DNA of 64,000 nt from an uncultured Candidatus Rokubacteria bacterium (GTDB taxonomy: Bacteria > Methylomirabilota > Methylomirabilia > Rokubacteriales > CSP1-6), in the NCBI GenBank assembly GCA_963762145.1, contig CAVXJS010000021.1:960001-1024000 (forward strand), in the 5' to 3' direction. Shown one piece after another: positions 22,667 through 33,078 of the stretch (position 1 is its first letter; every line of letters starts with the position of its first letter). The notes below the pieces were generated by a model. The model did no database searches, was not told the origin of the DNA, and saw only the letters and a program-made list of their open reading frames with translations. The translations under genes and the position numbers were made by a program.

Positions 22667-23167
22667 TCAGACCTTGTCGTAGGCCAGGCGCTTCACCTTG
22701 TCCATGTTCCGGCCCTCGATGCGGATGAGGCGCGTCGGCCCGTCCCGGCGCGGGGAGTGGAGATCCCCCTCGTTGTAGACGTGGGCCATGCCGGGCTTCA
22801 GGGGATAGCTCCGGACGTGCCGCACCTTCCCGGGCTTCGCGTCGCTCGCCGGCTCCACGAGGGCCCAGTCGTTCATGAGCGTCTCGCCGCGCGCCTGGCC
22901 GTAGATGGCCCAGGTCGGCCCGTGATCGTGGGGATTGCTCTCGCGCGCGCCCTTGTAGACGTGGGCGAGGATGCAGAAGCCGAGCTGGGGATCCTCGAAG
23001 AGGATCTTCCGCTCCGGCACGTCGTCGCCCAGGTGCTTCGCGACGAAGGCCTCGTCGGTCAGCACCTCCTGGACCAGCGCGCGGACCTTCTCGCGCCCGG
23101 CGGGCCCGGGCTCCGCCGCGAGGATGTCGTGCATCGTGGCCGCGAGCTGCTCGAGGGTGTGTCCCAT
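22667..23167 (-). CDS. Cysteine dioxygenase-like cupin
   Basis: SNPHDHGPTWAIYG..GDLHS. Confidence 0.75.
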   Translation of the reverse strand: MGHTLEQLAATMHDILAAEPGPAGREKVRALVQEVLTDEAFVAKHLGDDVPERKILFEDPQLGFCILAHVYKGARESNPHDHGPTWAIYGQARGETLMNDWALVEPASDAKPGKVRHVRSYPLKPGMAHVYNEGDLHSPRRDGPTRLIRIEGRNMDKVKRLAYDKV

Positions 23168-23182
23168 GGAGGCCTCCTTGGC

Positions 23183-24166
23183 TTACAGGGTGTTCAGAAA
23201 AGCGATCATCGCGTCGTTGACGTCCTTCGGGCGCTCCTGCTGCGTCCAGTGCCCGCAGCCGGGCAGCATGATCGTCTGCCGCAGCTCGGGGACGAACTGC
23301 TTCAGGTTCGGCAGGAGCTGGTCCATGCCGCGGAAGTGGACCACCAGATCCTGGTCGCCCGCCACGTAGAGCGCGGGCACCGTCACCCGCGCGCCCGCGT
23401 ACGGGGCCAGCAGCTCCCAGTTGCGGTCGATGTTGCGGTACCAGTTGAGCCCGCCGCGAAACCCGGTGCGGGCGAACTCTCCCGCGTAGAACTCCACGTC
23501 GGCCTCGGTCAGCCAGGCCGGCAGCGCGGGCGGCTCCGCCGTGTGGTTCAGGAACCCGCCCGTGCGGGGCACCATGCCAACGGCGGCGGGATTGCCGAGC
23601 CCGCGCGCCCGTCCGCCGGCCCTCGCCCGACCCCGCATAGAGCACGCGGCGGATCGTGCTCCGCACGTCGCGCGAGAGCTCCGCCTCCGCGACGCCCGGC
23701 GTCCTGGAAGTAGAGCTGGTAGAAGATCGCGTCGTCGGTCTGCGGCATCGCGGTGGTCGGCCGCACCGAGCCGCGCGGCCGGAACGGCACGCTGAGCCCG
23801 ATCACCGCGCGGAAGCGGTCGGGGCGCAGGAGCGCGGCGTGCCACGCGACGGGGGCGCCCCAGTCGTGGCCCGCGATCACCGCGGGCCCGCCGCCCAGCG
23901 CGTCCACCAGGCCCACCATGTCGCCGACCAGGTGGAGCAGCGTGTACTGGTCGATCTCGGCGGGCTGGTCGGTCTGGCCGTAGCCCCGCATGTCCGGGGC
24001 CACCGCGTGGAAGCCCGCGGCGGCGAGCGCCGCGAGCTGGTGGCGCCAGGAGTACCACGACTCCGGGAAAGCCGTGGCAGAGGAGCACGAGCGGCCCCTC
24101 GCCCTGCTCGGCCACGTGCATGCGGATGCCGTTCGTCTCCACCGTCCGGTGCCGCACGTCGCTCAT
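23183..24166 (-). CDS. Epoxide hydrolase-like alpha/beta hydrolase; frameshifts
   Basis: LCHGFP, APDMRGYG, GHDWGA, GGLNWYRNIDRNW, GCGHWTQQE. Confidence 0.88.
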   Translation of the reverse strand: MSDVRHRTVETNGIRMHVAEQGEGPLVLLCHGFPGVVVLLAPPARGARRRGLPRGGPGHAGLRPDRPARRDRPVHAAPPGRRHGGPGGRAGRRARGDRGPRLGRPRRVARRAPAPRPLPRGDRAQRAVPAARLGAADHRDAADRRRDLLPALLPGRRASRRRSSRATCGARSAACSMRGRARAGGRARGLGNPAAVGMVPRTGGFLNHTAEPPALPAWLTEADVEFYAGEFARTGFRGGLNWYRNIDRNWELLAPYAGARVTVPALYVAGDQDLVVHFRGMDQLLPNLKQFVPELRQTIMLPGCGHWTQQERPKDVNDAMIAFLNTL

Positions 24167-24204
24167 CGCCCCCTCCGCGGGCCCTATTGTATACTCCGTT
24201 TCCC

Positions 24205-24780
24205 ATGCCCAGAGTGCGCGAGATCGAGGACGACGGCGGCGACCCGATCCTGAAGGACGTGTTCGCCCGGGAGCGGGAGATCTTCGGCGGGCTCCTGAAC
24301 ACCACCAAGGTCTTCGCGCACTGCCCGCCCATCATGAAGGCGGCCAAGCAGCTCGGGGCCGCCATCGAGAAGTCCGGGCGGCTCCCCGCCGCGCTGCTGC
24401 CGCTGATCTATCTCCGCGTCGCCCTGATCAACGGCTGTCCCTTCTGAATCGACATCAATGCATCCCGTGGGATGCAGGCGGGGGCGGACGAGGACAAGGT
24501 GCGCGAGATCCCGACCTGGCGCGAGAGCCGGCGCTTCTCGGACGCCGAGCGCGTGGCCTTCGAGTACGCGGAGGCCATGACCATCACCGGCCAGCGGGTG
24601 AGCGACGAGCTGTTCGCGCGCCTCAAGGGCTGCTTCGACGAGGCCCAGATCGTCGAGCTCACCGCCGCGGTGGCGCTCGAGAACTTCCGCAGCAAGTTCA
24701 ACGTCCCGCTCGGGATCGAGGCGCAGGGCTTCTGTGCCCTTCCCGGGCTGCAGCCAGAGAGCCCGGCCCATCCGGCATAG
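24205..24780 (+). CDS. AhpD/carboxymuconolactone decarboxylase family protein, probable selenoprotein (CxxU, UGA at 24445-24447)
   Basis: One continuous frame of 192 codons with a single internal TGA in ...RVALINGCPF*IDINAS...; the C-terminal half (FSDAERVAFEYAEAMT..QIVELTAAVALENFRSKFN) completes the CMD fold. Confidence 0.85.
24459..24476 (+). promoter_or_regulatory. Putative bacterial SECIS element
   Basis: TGCATCC-CGTG-GGATGCA 7-bp stem with a GU-containing loop, starting 11 nt after the in-frame UGA. Confidence 0.75.
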
Positions 24781-24796
24781 GGTCGCCGCGCCCCCG

Positions 24797-25576
<780 letters not shown>

Positions 25577-25580
<4 letters not shown>

Positions 25581-26283
25581 GCCTGTCAGCGTCGAGGGCG
25601 TCAGCGCGGGCTACGAGCAGATGGAGATCCTGCACGACGTCTCGATCGAGGTCCGGCCCGGCGAGATCGTGACGCTCATCGGGCCCGAACGGCGCCGGCA
25701 AGTCGACGCTGATGAAGACGGTGTTCGGCCTGCTGCGCCCGCCGCCGCGGCTCGATCCGGCTCGACGGCGACGACATCACCGGCCTGCGCCCCGAGCCTG
25801 CTCGTGCGCCGCGGGCTGTCGTACGTGCCGCAGGTCGACAACGTGTTCCCCTCGCTGACCGTCGACGAGAACCTCGAGATGGGCGCGGTGGTTCGCACCG
25901 ACGACATTCGCGCGCGGCTCGAGGACGTGCTGGCCCTCTTTCCCGGCCTGCGGCCCAAGCGGCGCCTCAAGGCGGGCGGGCTGTCGGGCGGCGAGCGCCA
26001 GATGGTGGCGATGGCCGGGCCCTGATGCTGGACCCGCACGCTGCTGCTGCTCGACGAGCCGTCGGCGGGACTGTCTCCCCTCCTCGTCGACAGCGTGTTC
26101 GAGAAGATCGAGGTCGATCAACCGAGCGGCGTGGCCATCCTGCTCGTCGAGCAGAACGCGCGCGAGGCCCTGAGGCGCTCGCACCGGGGATACGTCCTCG
26201 CGGGCGGCCAGGTGCGGCTCGAAGGGGCCGGCCCCGCGCTCCTCGAGAATCCGGAGGTGGGACGCCTTTACCTCGGTGGATAG
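25577..26283 (+). CDS. Branched-chain amino acid ABC ATPase (LivF-like); frameshifts
   Basis: NGAGKSTL, LTVDENLEMG, LSGGERQMVAM, LLVEQNA, LYLGG. Confidence 0.82.
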
Positions 26284-26324
26284 GTGTGGCAAGATGCGGC
26301 CCTGAAAATCCCCAGGAGGCCACG

Positions 26325-27546
26325 ATGACGCTGAATCGACGTCAGTTCCTCGCCACCGGGCTCGCCGGCGGCGCCGCCGCGCTGGTGGGCGGCCGCGCGC
26401 ACGCCCAGCCGGAGGCGCTCCGCATCGGCGTCCTGACGCCGCTCACCGGCGGCGGCGCCGTGTACGGCACCACCATGTCCCACATGTACGCGCTCGTCGC
26501 CGACGAGATCAACAAGGCGGGCGGGGTCGGCGGGCAAGCAGATCCAGCTCTTCACCGAGGACGACCAGACCAACCCCGACGCCGGCGTGCGCGGCGCGCG
26601 CAAGCTCGTGGACGTCAATCGCGTGCACGCCATCCTCGGCACCTGGTCGAGCGCGGTCACGCTGGCGGTGGCCCCGATCGCGGTGCAAGCCCGCATCCCG
26701 CAGTTCTGCGTGTCGAGCTCCCCCGCCATCTCGACGTTCAAGGACGACGACTTCCTCTACCGCACCGCGTACTCGCAGGCGGTCATCAGCACCGTGTACG
26801 CGACCACCGCGCAGAAGCTCGGGTACAAGACCGCGGCGCTGCTCATCCTGAACAACCCCTACGGCATCGGCCTCGGGGACAGCTTCCCGGCGAGCTTCGC
26901 CAAGGTGGGCGGCACGGTCACCGGCAAGGTCATCTACAACCCGAGCCAGTCGAGCTACCGCTCCGAGATCCAGCAGGCACTCGCGGGCAAGCCCGACGTC
27001 GTCCTGTTCGGCGGCTACACCCCGGACGGCATCCAGGTCTTCAAGGAGTGGTTCCAGCTCGGCCTCGGCGGCACGTGGATGGGTCCCGGCTTCGCGCTCG
27101 ACCAGAAGTTCATCCAGGGCATCGGCACGCAGGCGGCCGAGGGCATCGTGGTCGTGGAGGGCGCGCCCAATCTACAGTCGTCCGCGTACAAGAACGCGGA
27201 CAAGCTCTACCGCGCGGCCCACGGCGGCCAGGAAGCGGACTTCTTCGCGTCGATGGCGTACGACCACCTGATGGTGATGGCCCTGTCGGTGCTCGCCGGC
27301 AACGGCAACACGGCCGGGGACTCCATCAAGGCCAACATCCGCAAGATCTCGAATCCCCCCGGCAAGGTCGTCGGGAGCTGGGCGGACGCCGCCGCGGCGG
27401 TCAAGGCGGGGGAGAAGGTGAACTACGAGGGCGCGTCCAGCGCGTGCGACTTCGACGACAACGGCGACGTGCAGACCGACTTCGGCGTCTACCGCGTCAA
27501 GGGCGGCAAGTGGGCGCTCGATCGCGTGATCAGTTCGGCGAGCTGA
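26325..27546 (+). CDS. LivK-type ABC substrate-binding protein with Tat signal; frameshift near 26535
   Basis: NRRQFL, RIGVLTPLTG, INKAGG, YEGASSACDFD; SD AGGAGG. Confidence 0.85.
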
Positions 27547-27553
27547 AGACCAC

Positions 27554-28414
27554 CTGATCGGCGAGTTCGTCCACCTGACCGTCACCGGGCTTCTCGTCGC
27601 GAGCCTGCTCGCGCTGGGAGCGGTGGGCCTGTCGCTCACCTTCGGCATCGCCCGCTTCGCCAACGTGGCGCATCCGGACTTCATGATGCTCGGCGCCTAC
27701 ACCACGTTCGCGTTCAACGTCTTCGCCGGCGTGCCCTTCGGGTGGGCCGCGCTCCTGGGCGTGGCCGCCGCCCTCCTCGTGGGCGTGCCCGTCGCGCGCC
27801 TCGCCTACGACAAGCTGCCGGTGACGGGCACCGTCCAGCTCCTCATCATCTCGATCGGCGTGTCGTTCATCCTGCGGCACGTCGTGCTGTTCGTGTTCGG
27901 CAGCAGCCTGCTCCAGTTCGCGGTGCCGCTGCAGCGGCCCTACGTGTGGGGGCCGGTCCGCCTCACGGTCTATCAGATCGTCACGCTGGTGGTGGCCGCC
28001 GTGCTGGTGCTGGCGGTGCACCTGCTGCTGTCGCGCACGAAGCTGGGTCGCATCCTGCGCGCCATCGCCGACAATCCCGTGCTGTGCGAGATCGCGGGCG
28101 CCGACGTCGACGCGGGCGCGCCTCGCGATGTGGGCGATCGCCATCGGCCTGGCCGCCACCGGCGGCATCCTGTTCGGGCTCAACCTCGTGATCCAGCCGA
28201 ACATGGGCTGGGACCTCGTCATTCCGATCTTCTCCGCCGCCATCCTCGGCGGCATCGGCAACCCCTACGGCGCGATGGCGGGCGCGCTCGTGATCGGCCT
28301 CGCCGGCGAGTGGTCGACGCTGTCATTCCCTCGGCGTACAAGGAGATGATCGCCTTCGTCGCGATGGCGCTCTGCCTCATGTTTCGCCCCCGCGGGCTGT
28401 GGAGCGCGGCGTGA
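27554..28414 (+). CDS. LivH-type ABC permease; frameshifts; start uncertain
   Basis: GLSLTFGIARFANVAH, RTKLGRILRAIAD, ILGGIGNPYGA, RPRGL. Confidence 0.82.
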   Translation: MIGEFVHLTVTGLLVASLLALGAVGLSLTFGIARFANVAHPDFMMLGAYTTFAFNVFAGVPFGWAALLGVAAALLVGVPVARLAYDKLPVTGTVQLLIISIGVSFILRHVVLFVFGSSLLQFAVPLQRPYVWGPVRLTVYQIVTLVVAAVLVLAVHLLLSRTKLGRILRAIADNPVLCEIAGADVDAGAPRDVGDRHRPGRHRRHPVRAQPRDPAEHGLGPRHSDLLRRHPRRHRQPLRRDGGRARDRPRRRVVDAVIPSAYKEMIAFVAMALCLMFRPRGLWSAA

Positions 28415-29316
28415 CCGAGTATCTCGTGGCGCTGGCGACGATCATCGGCATCCAGGCCCTGCTCACGCTGGGCCTCACCATGCACTACGGCGTCACCGGC
28501 CTCGTGAACTTCGGCCACGTCGCCTTCTACGCTCTCGGCGCCTACACCTCCGGCCTCCTCACGCTGGCCGGGGTCCACTTCGGGGTGGCGATGGCCGCCG
28601 GGGTCGTGCTCGCGGTGGCGGCGAGCCTGCTCGTCGGCGCCACCACGCTGCGCCTGCGCGAGGACTACTTCGCCATCGTGACGCTCGGCTTCTCCGAGCT
28701 GCTCCGCCTGCTCCTGCTGAACGCGCGCGAGCTGACCCGCGGCCCGCTCGGCATCCCCGGCATCCCGCGGCCTTGGCGCAACCTGTTCGGCGTGCCCGAC
28801 CACGTCGCGTACCTGGCGCTCGTCGCCATCGCGGTGCTGATCGCGTTCGTCCTGAGCGAGATCCTGGCGCGCAGCCCGCTCGGGCGCACCCTGCGGGCCG
28901 TCCGCGACGACGACCAGGCCGCGATGGCGCTCGGCAAGAACGTCCTGCGCTTCCGTCTCACCGCCCTCGGCTGGGGCGCCGGCCTCGCCGCCGTCGCGGG
29001 CAGCCTGTGGGCGCACTACGTCACCTACGTCGTGCCCGACCAGTTCACGCCCGAGATCACGTTCTACACCTGGATGGCGATGATCATCGGCGGCCCGGGC
29101 TCCATGCGCGGCGCCCTCTGGGGCACCGCTATCCTGGTTGGAGTCCTGGAAGGCACGCGGTTCGCGAAGGAGGTCCTCCCGATGATCGACGCGCCCCGGC
29201 TCGCCGCCCTGCGCCAGATCGCGATCGGCGTGGGCCTGATCGTGATGACCGTCTACGTCCGCAAGCTCGGCGGCCGCACGCGCCCCCGCGTGGCGCCCGC
29301 CTCGGTGTCGGCGTGA
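28411..29316 (+). CDS. LivM-type ABC permease
   Basis: NFGHVAFYALGAY, LRLREDYFAIVTLGF, SPLGRTLRAVRDD. Confidence 0.88.
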   Translation: MTEYLVALATIIGIQALLTLGLTMHYGVTGLVNFGHVAFYALGAYTSGLLTLAGVHFGVAMAAGVVLAVAASLLVGATTLRLREDYFAIVTLGFSELLRLLLLNARELTRGPLGIPGIPRPWRNLFGVPDHVAYLALVAIAVLIAFVLSEILARSPLGRTLRAVRDDDQAAMALGKNVLRFRLTALGWGAGLAAVAGSLWAHYVTYVVPDQFTPEITFYTWMAMIIGGPGSMRGALWGTAILVGVLEGTRFAKEVLPMIDAPRLAALRQIAIGVGLIVMTVYVRKLGGRTRPRVAPASVSA

Positions 29317-29347
29317 GCCGACGCGACCAGCCTGAAGGGAGACAGCC

Positions 29348-30112
29348 ATGACCACGCTCTTCGACCTCACGGGCAAGGTCGCCATCGTCACCGGCGCCGG
29401 GCGCGGCCTCGGCAAGACGATCGCGCTCGGCCTCGCCCAGCACGGCGCCGACATCGTGGCGGTGAGCCGCACCCTGCCCCAGGTGGAGAAGGTGGCGGCG
29501 GAGATCACCGGCCTCGGCCGCAAGGCGGTCGCCATGAAGATCGACACGTCCCGGAAGGCGGACGTCGACCGCATGGTGGCCAAGACGATGGAGACGTGGG
29601 GCCGCGTCGACGTCCTCGTGAACAACGCGGGCATCGACAACATCAAGCCCGCCATCGACTACACCGAAGCGGAGTGGGACGAGATCGTCGACATCAACCT
29701 CAAGGGCTATTTCCTCTGCGCGCAGGCGGCCGGCCGGGAGATGCTGCGCCGGAAGCGCGGCAGCATCGTCATGAACTCCTCGATGGCGGGCTCGATCGGC
29801 ATTCCCTGGCTCGTCCCCTACGGCTCGGCGAAGGGCGGCGTGAACCAGCTCACCCGAACGCTCGCGGTGGAGTGGGCGCGCGAGGGCGTGCGCGTGAACG
29901 CCTTCTCCCCGGGCTACTTCGAGAACGTCATGCAGGGCGCCGAGAACATCCACAACGAGGAGAAGGAGCGCCACATCCGCGAGCGCACCCCGATGGGCCG
30001 GCGCGGGCGCGCCGAGGAGCTGGTGGGTCCCGTCGTGTTTCTCGCCTCCGACGCGTCGTCGTACGTCACCGGCCATCTGCTCATGGTCGAAGGCGGCTGG
30101 ACCGCCGCATGA
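29348..30112 (+). CDS. SDR oxidoreductase (KduD/gluconate 5-dehydrogenase-like)
   Basis: TGAGRGLG, NNAG, YGSAK, RTPMGRRG. Confidence 0.88.
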   Translation: MTTLFDLTGKVAIVTGAGRGLGKTIALGLAQHGADIVAVSRTLPQVEKVAAEITGLGRKAVAMKIDTSRKADVDRMVAKTMETWGRVDVLVNNAGIDNIKPAIDYTEAEWDEIVDINLKGYFLCAQAAGREMLRRKRGSIVMNSSMAGSIGIPWLVPYGSAKGGVNQLTRTLAVEWAREGVRVNAFSPGYFENVMQGAENIHNEEKERHIRERTPMGRRGRAEELVGPVVFLASDASSYVTGHLLMVEGGWTAA

Positions 30113-31173
30113 TCTTCGAGTACCTCGCCAAGTACGATTTCCGCAAGGTAGTGCTCTGCCACAACGCTGACGTCGGCCTGAAGGCCGTCATCGCCGTCCA
30201 CTCCACCGCCCTCGGCCCCGCCTGTGGCGGCCTCCGCATGTGGGCCTACGCCTCGGAGGAGGAGGCGATCATGGACGCCCTGCGCCTCGGCCGCGGCATG
30301 ACCTACAAGTACGCGGCGGCCGGGGTCAACCTCGGCGGCGGCAAAGCCGTCATCATCGGCGACCCCAAGACGCAGAAGACCGAAGCGCTCATCCGTGCAA
30401 TGGGCCGCTTCATCCAGTCGCTCCACGGCGAGTACAAGACCGGCGAGGACGTGGGCACCACGCTGGACGACATGGAGCTGCTCTACCAGGAGACCGAGCA
30501 CGTCATCACGCTGCCGGAGTATTGCGGCGGCGCCGGCAACATCGGCCCCGCCACCGCCTTCGGCGTGCAGCAGGCCATGAAGGCGTGCGCCCACGAGGTG
30601 TGGGGCTCCGACCGCCTCCAGGGGCGCACGATCACCATCCAGGGCCTCGGCGCCGTCGGCTGGCCCGCGGTCGAGGGGCTCGTCAAGGAAGGCGCCCGGG
30701 TGATCGTGGCCGATATCGACCCCGCCAGGGTCGAGCGCGCCAAGCGCGAGCTCGGCGTGGCCGCCGTCGACCCCGCCGAGATCCACGCGCAGGCGTGCGA
30801 CATCTACGGTCCCTACGCGCTCGGCGCCGTCATCAACGACCGAACACTGCCCGAGCTCAACTGCAAGATCGTGTGCGGGAGCGCCAACAATCAGCTCGCC
30901 GAGGAGCGCCACGGCGATCTCCTGCACGAGCGCGGCATCCTGTACGCGCCCGACTACATCGCCAACGCGGGCGGAACCATCTTCGACACCGATCGGATCG
31001 CCCAGAAGGGCGGCTTCAACCGCGAGCGGGCATGGCGGAACGTGTCCCGCATCCGCGAGCGCATGACGGAGCTGATCGACATCTCCAAGGCCGAGCGGAT
31101 CCCGACTTGGCTGGCCGCGAATCGACTGGCGGAGCGTCGGCTGGAGATGGCGCGACAGCTCCGGATGATCTGA
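30109..31173 (+). CDS. Leu/Phe/Val dehydrogenase
   Basis: HSTALGPACGGLRM, GMTYKYAAAG..GGGKAVI, EDVGT, GSANNQL, APDYIANAGG. Confidence 0.9.
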   Translation: MIFEYLAKYDFRKVVLCHNADVGLKAVIAVHSTALGPACGGLRMWAYASEEEAIMDALRLGRGMTYKYAAAGVNLGGGKAVIIGDPKTQKTEALIRAMGRFIQSLHGEYKTGEDVGTTLDDMELLYQETEHVITLPEYCGGAGNIGPATAFGVQQAMKACAHEVWGSDRLQGRTITIQGLGAVGWPAVEGLVKEGARVIVADIDPARVERAKRELGVAAVDPAEIHAQACDIYGPYALGAVINDRTLPELNCKIVCGSANNQLAEERHGDLLHERGILYAPDYIANAGGTIFDTDRIAQKGGFNRERAWRNVSRIRERMTELIDISKAERIPTWLAANRLAERRLEMARQLRMI

Positions 31174-31200
31174 CGTGTTGGCTCATCACGTGGATACTCG

Positions 31201-31290
31201 CAAGGGCGCGAAGCCCGCCGATCTTCCCATCGAGCAGCCGACCAAGTTCGAGCTCGTCATCAACCTCAAGACAGCCGCGACGCTCCGCTT
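31201..31290 (+). pseudogene. C-terminal fragment of an ABC_sub_bind paralog
   Basis: KGAKPADLPIEQPTKFELVINLKTA duplicates the C-terminus of the next gene (KGTRPADLPIEQPSEFELVINLKTA). Confidence 0.7.
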
Positions 31291-31291
31291 C

Positions 31292-32281
31292 ATGAACCGG
31301 CGTACCTTCATCGGCGGCACCACCCTCGGGCTCCTCGCGGCACCCCACGGGATCCCCGCGCAGCCCGCGCGCAGGGTGGCCCGCATCGGCATGCTCGGCC
31401 TGGCCGCGACCGCCGAGCTGACCGGGCCTCACCCGAAGAGCCGGTCCGCCGACGCCTTGTTGCGTGGACTGCGCGAGCTCGGCTACGTATATGGTGAGCA
31501 CTTCGTGACCGAGGGGCGCGGAGCCGACGCGAAACCGGAGCGCTTCCCCGCTCTGGTGGCCGAGCTGATCCGCCTTCGCGTGGACGTGATCGTCGCCGCC
31601 GGGCCGTCGCACTCCGCGCTCAAGCAGGCCACCTCGACGATCCCCGTGGTGATGGCGGCGTCCTCCGACCCGGTGGGTCAGGGACTCGTCCAGAGCCTCG
31701 GACGTCCGGGCGGCAACTTCACCGGGCTGAGCTTTCAATCGGTGGAGACGACCGGGAAACGCCTCGAGCTCCTCAAGGAGCTGGTGCCGGGCGCAGGGCT
31801 GGTCGCGATCATCTGGAATCGTTCGAACATTTTCCACCTGCAGGCCGCCGAGGCCGCCGCACAGGCGCAACGGGTGAGGATGCTGTCGATCGAGATCAAC
31901 GACTCGGGCGAGATCGAGGGCGCATTCAAGACCGCAACCGCGGCGCGGGCCGGCGCGGTCCTCGTATTCGCGGCCGGAGTCCTCTACCCGCACGCCAGGC
32001 GAGTCGCGGAGCTGGCGGCCAGGCACCGGCTCCCGGCCCTGTACGAGCTCCGGCAGTACGTCGAGGCCGGCGGGCTGATCTCCTATGGCGCGGAGGTCAA
32101 CGATATCTGGCAGCGCGCCGCCGCCTTCGTGGACAAGATCCTCAAGGGCACCCGGCCCGCCGACCTGCCCATCGAGCAGCCCTCCGAGTTCGAGCTGGTG
32201 ATCAATCTCAAGACCGCGCAGGCGCTCGGCCTCTCAATCCCGCCCTCGCTGCGGTTGCGGGCGGACGAGGTCTTGCAGTAA
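31292..32281 (+). CDS. ABC_sub_bind family substrate-binding protein
   Basis: MNRRTFIG, DPVGQGLVQSLGRPGGNFTG, KRLELLKE, GGLISYG. Confidence 0.88.
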   Translation: MNRRTFIGGTTLGLLAAPHGIPAQPARRVARIGMLGLAATAELTGPHPKSRSADALLRGLRELGYVYGEHFVTEGRGADAKPERFPALVAELIRLRVDVIVAAGPSHSALKQATSTIPVVMAASSDPVGQGLVQSLGRPGGNFTGLSFQSVETTGKRLELLKELVPGAGLVAIIWNRSNIFHLQAAEAAAQAQRVRMLSIEINDSGEIEGAFKTATAARAGAVLVFAAGVLYPHARRVAELAARHRLPALYELRQYVEAGGLISYGAEVNDIWQRAAAFVDKILKGTRPADLPIEQPSEFELVINLKTAQALGLSIPPSLRLRADEVLQ

Positions 32282-32295
32282 TCTCCGTGACGACC

Positions 32296-33051
32296 ATGAG
32301 CCCGCGCAAGCGCATCGGCGTGATGATCCCCTCCACGAACACCACGTGCGAGGCCGACTTCCAGATGACGGTCCCGCGCGACGTCACCATCCACGGCCAG
32401 CGGCTGTGGATGACCAACGAGGGCACCGGCGACGAGGCCTACGTCCGCATGAACGGCGAGATCGAGAGCGGCGCCCGCTACCTGGCCACCGCCCACGTGG
32501 ACGTGGTGGTCTACGGGTGCACCACCGGCAGCTTCTACAAGGGCCCGGGCTGGGACACCGAGATGCTCGAGCTGATCCGCCGCGAGGCGAAGGTCCCCGC
32601 GGTCGCGACCAGCCCCTCGGTGGTCGAGGCGCTCCGCTTCTTCGGGGCCCGGCGGCTCTCGGTGGCCACGCCCTATCCCGAGTGGAACAACCAGCGGCTG
32701 CGCTCCTACCTCGAGGCCCAGGGCTTCGAGGTGTTGAACGTCGACGGCGAGCCCCGCGCCGCCGCGTCCGGCAACCAGGGGATCAACGATCAGGACCCGG
32801 AGGAAGTGGCCGAGTTCGCCGCGCGGGTCTGCCGGCCCGAGGCGGACGCCCTGCTCTGCTCCTGCACCGCGTGGCGTTCGGTCGAGGCCATCGCGGCCAT
32901 CGAGGCGCGCACCGGCAAGCCCGCGGTGAGCTCCAACCAGTCCACGATCTGGACCGCGCTGCGCGCCCTCGGCCTCACCCGCCCGATCACCGGCTTCGGC
33001 CGGCTGCTGGAGCACCTGACTCCGGCGCGTCCCGCCCCCGCCGCGCGCTAG
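32296..33051 (+). CDS. Maleate cis-trans isomerase/Asp-Glu racemase family protein
   Basis: IGVMIPSTNTTCE, YGCTTGS, TPY, SCTA, SSNQ; both catalytic Cys present. Confidence 0.85.
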   Translation: MSPRKRIGVMIPSTNTTCEADFQMTVPRDVTIHGQRLWMTNEGTGDEAYVRMNGEIESGARYLATAHVDVVVYGCTTGSFYKGPGWDTEMLELIRREAKVPAVATSPSVVEALRFFGARRLSVATPYPEWNNQRLRSYLEAQGFEVLNVDGEPRAAASGNQGINDQDPEEVAEFAARVCRPEADALLCSCTAWRSVEAIAAIEARTGKPAVSSNQSTIWTALRALGLTRPITGFGRLLEHLTPARPAPAAR

Positions 33052-33078
33052 TCGCCGGGAGATCGACCCCTGGCCGGC

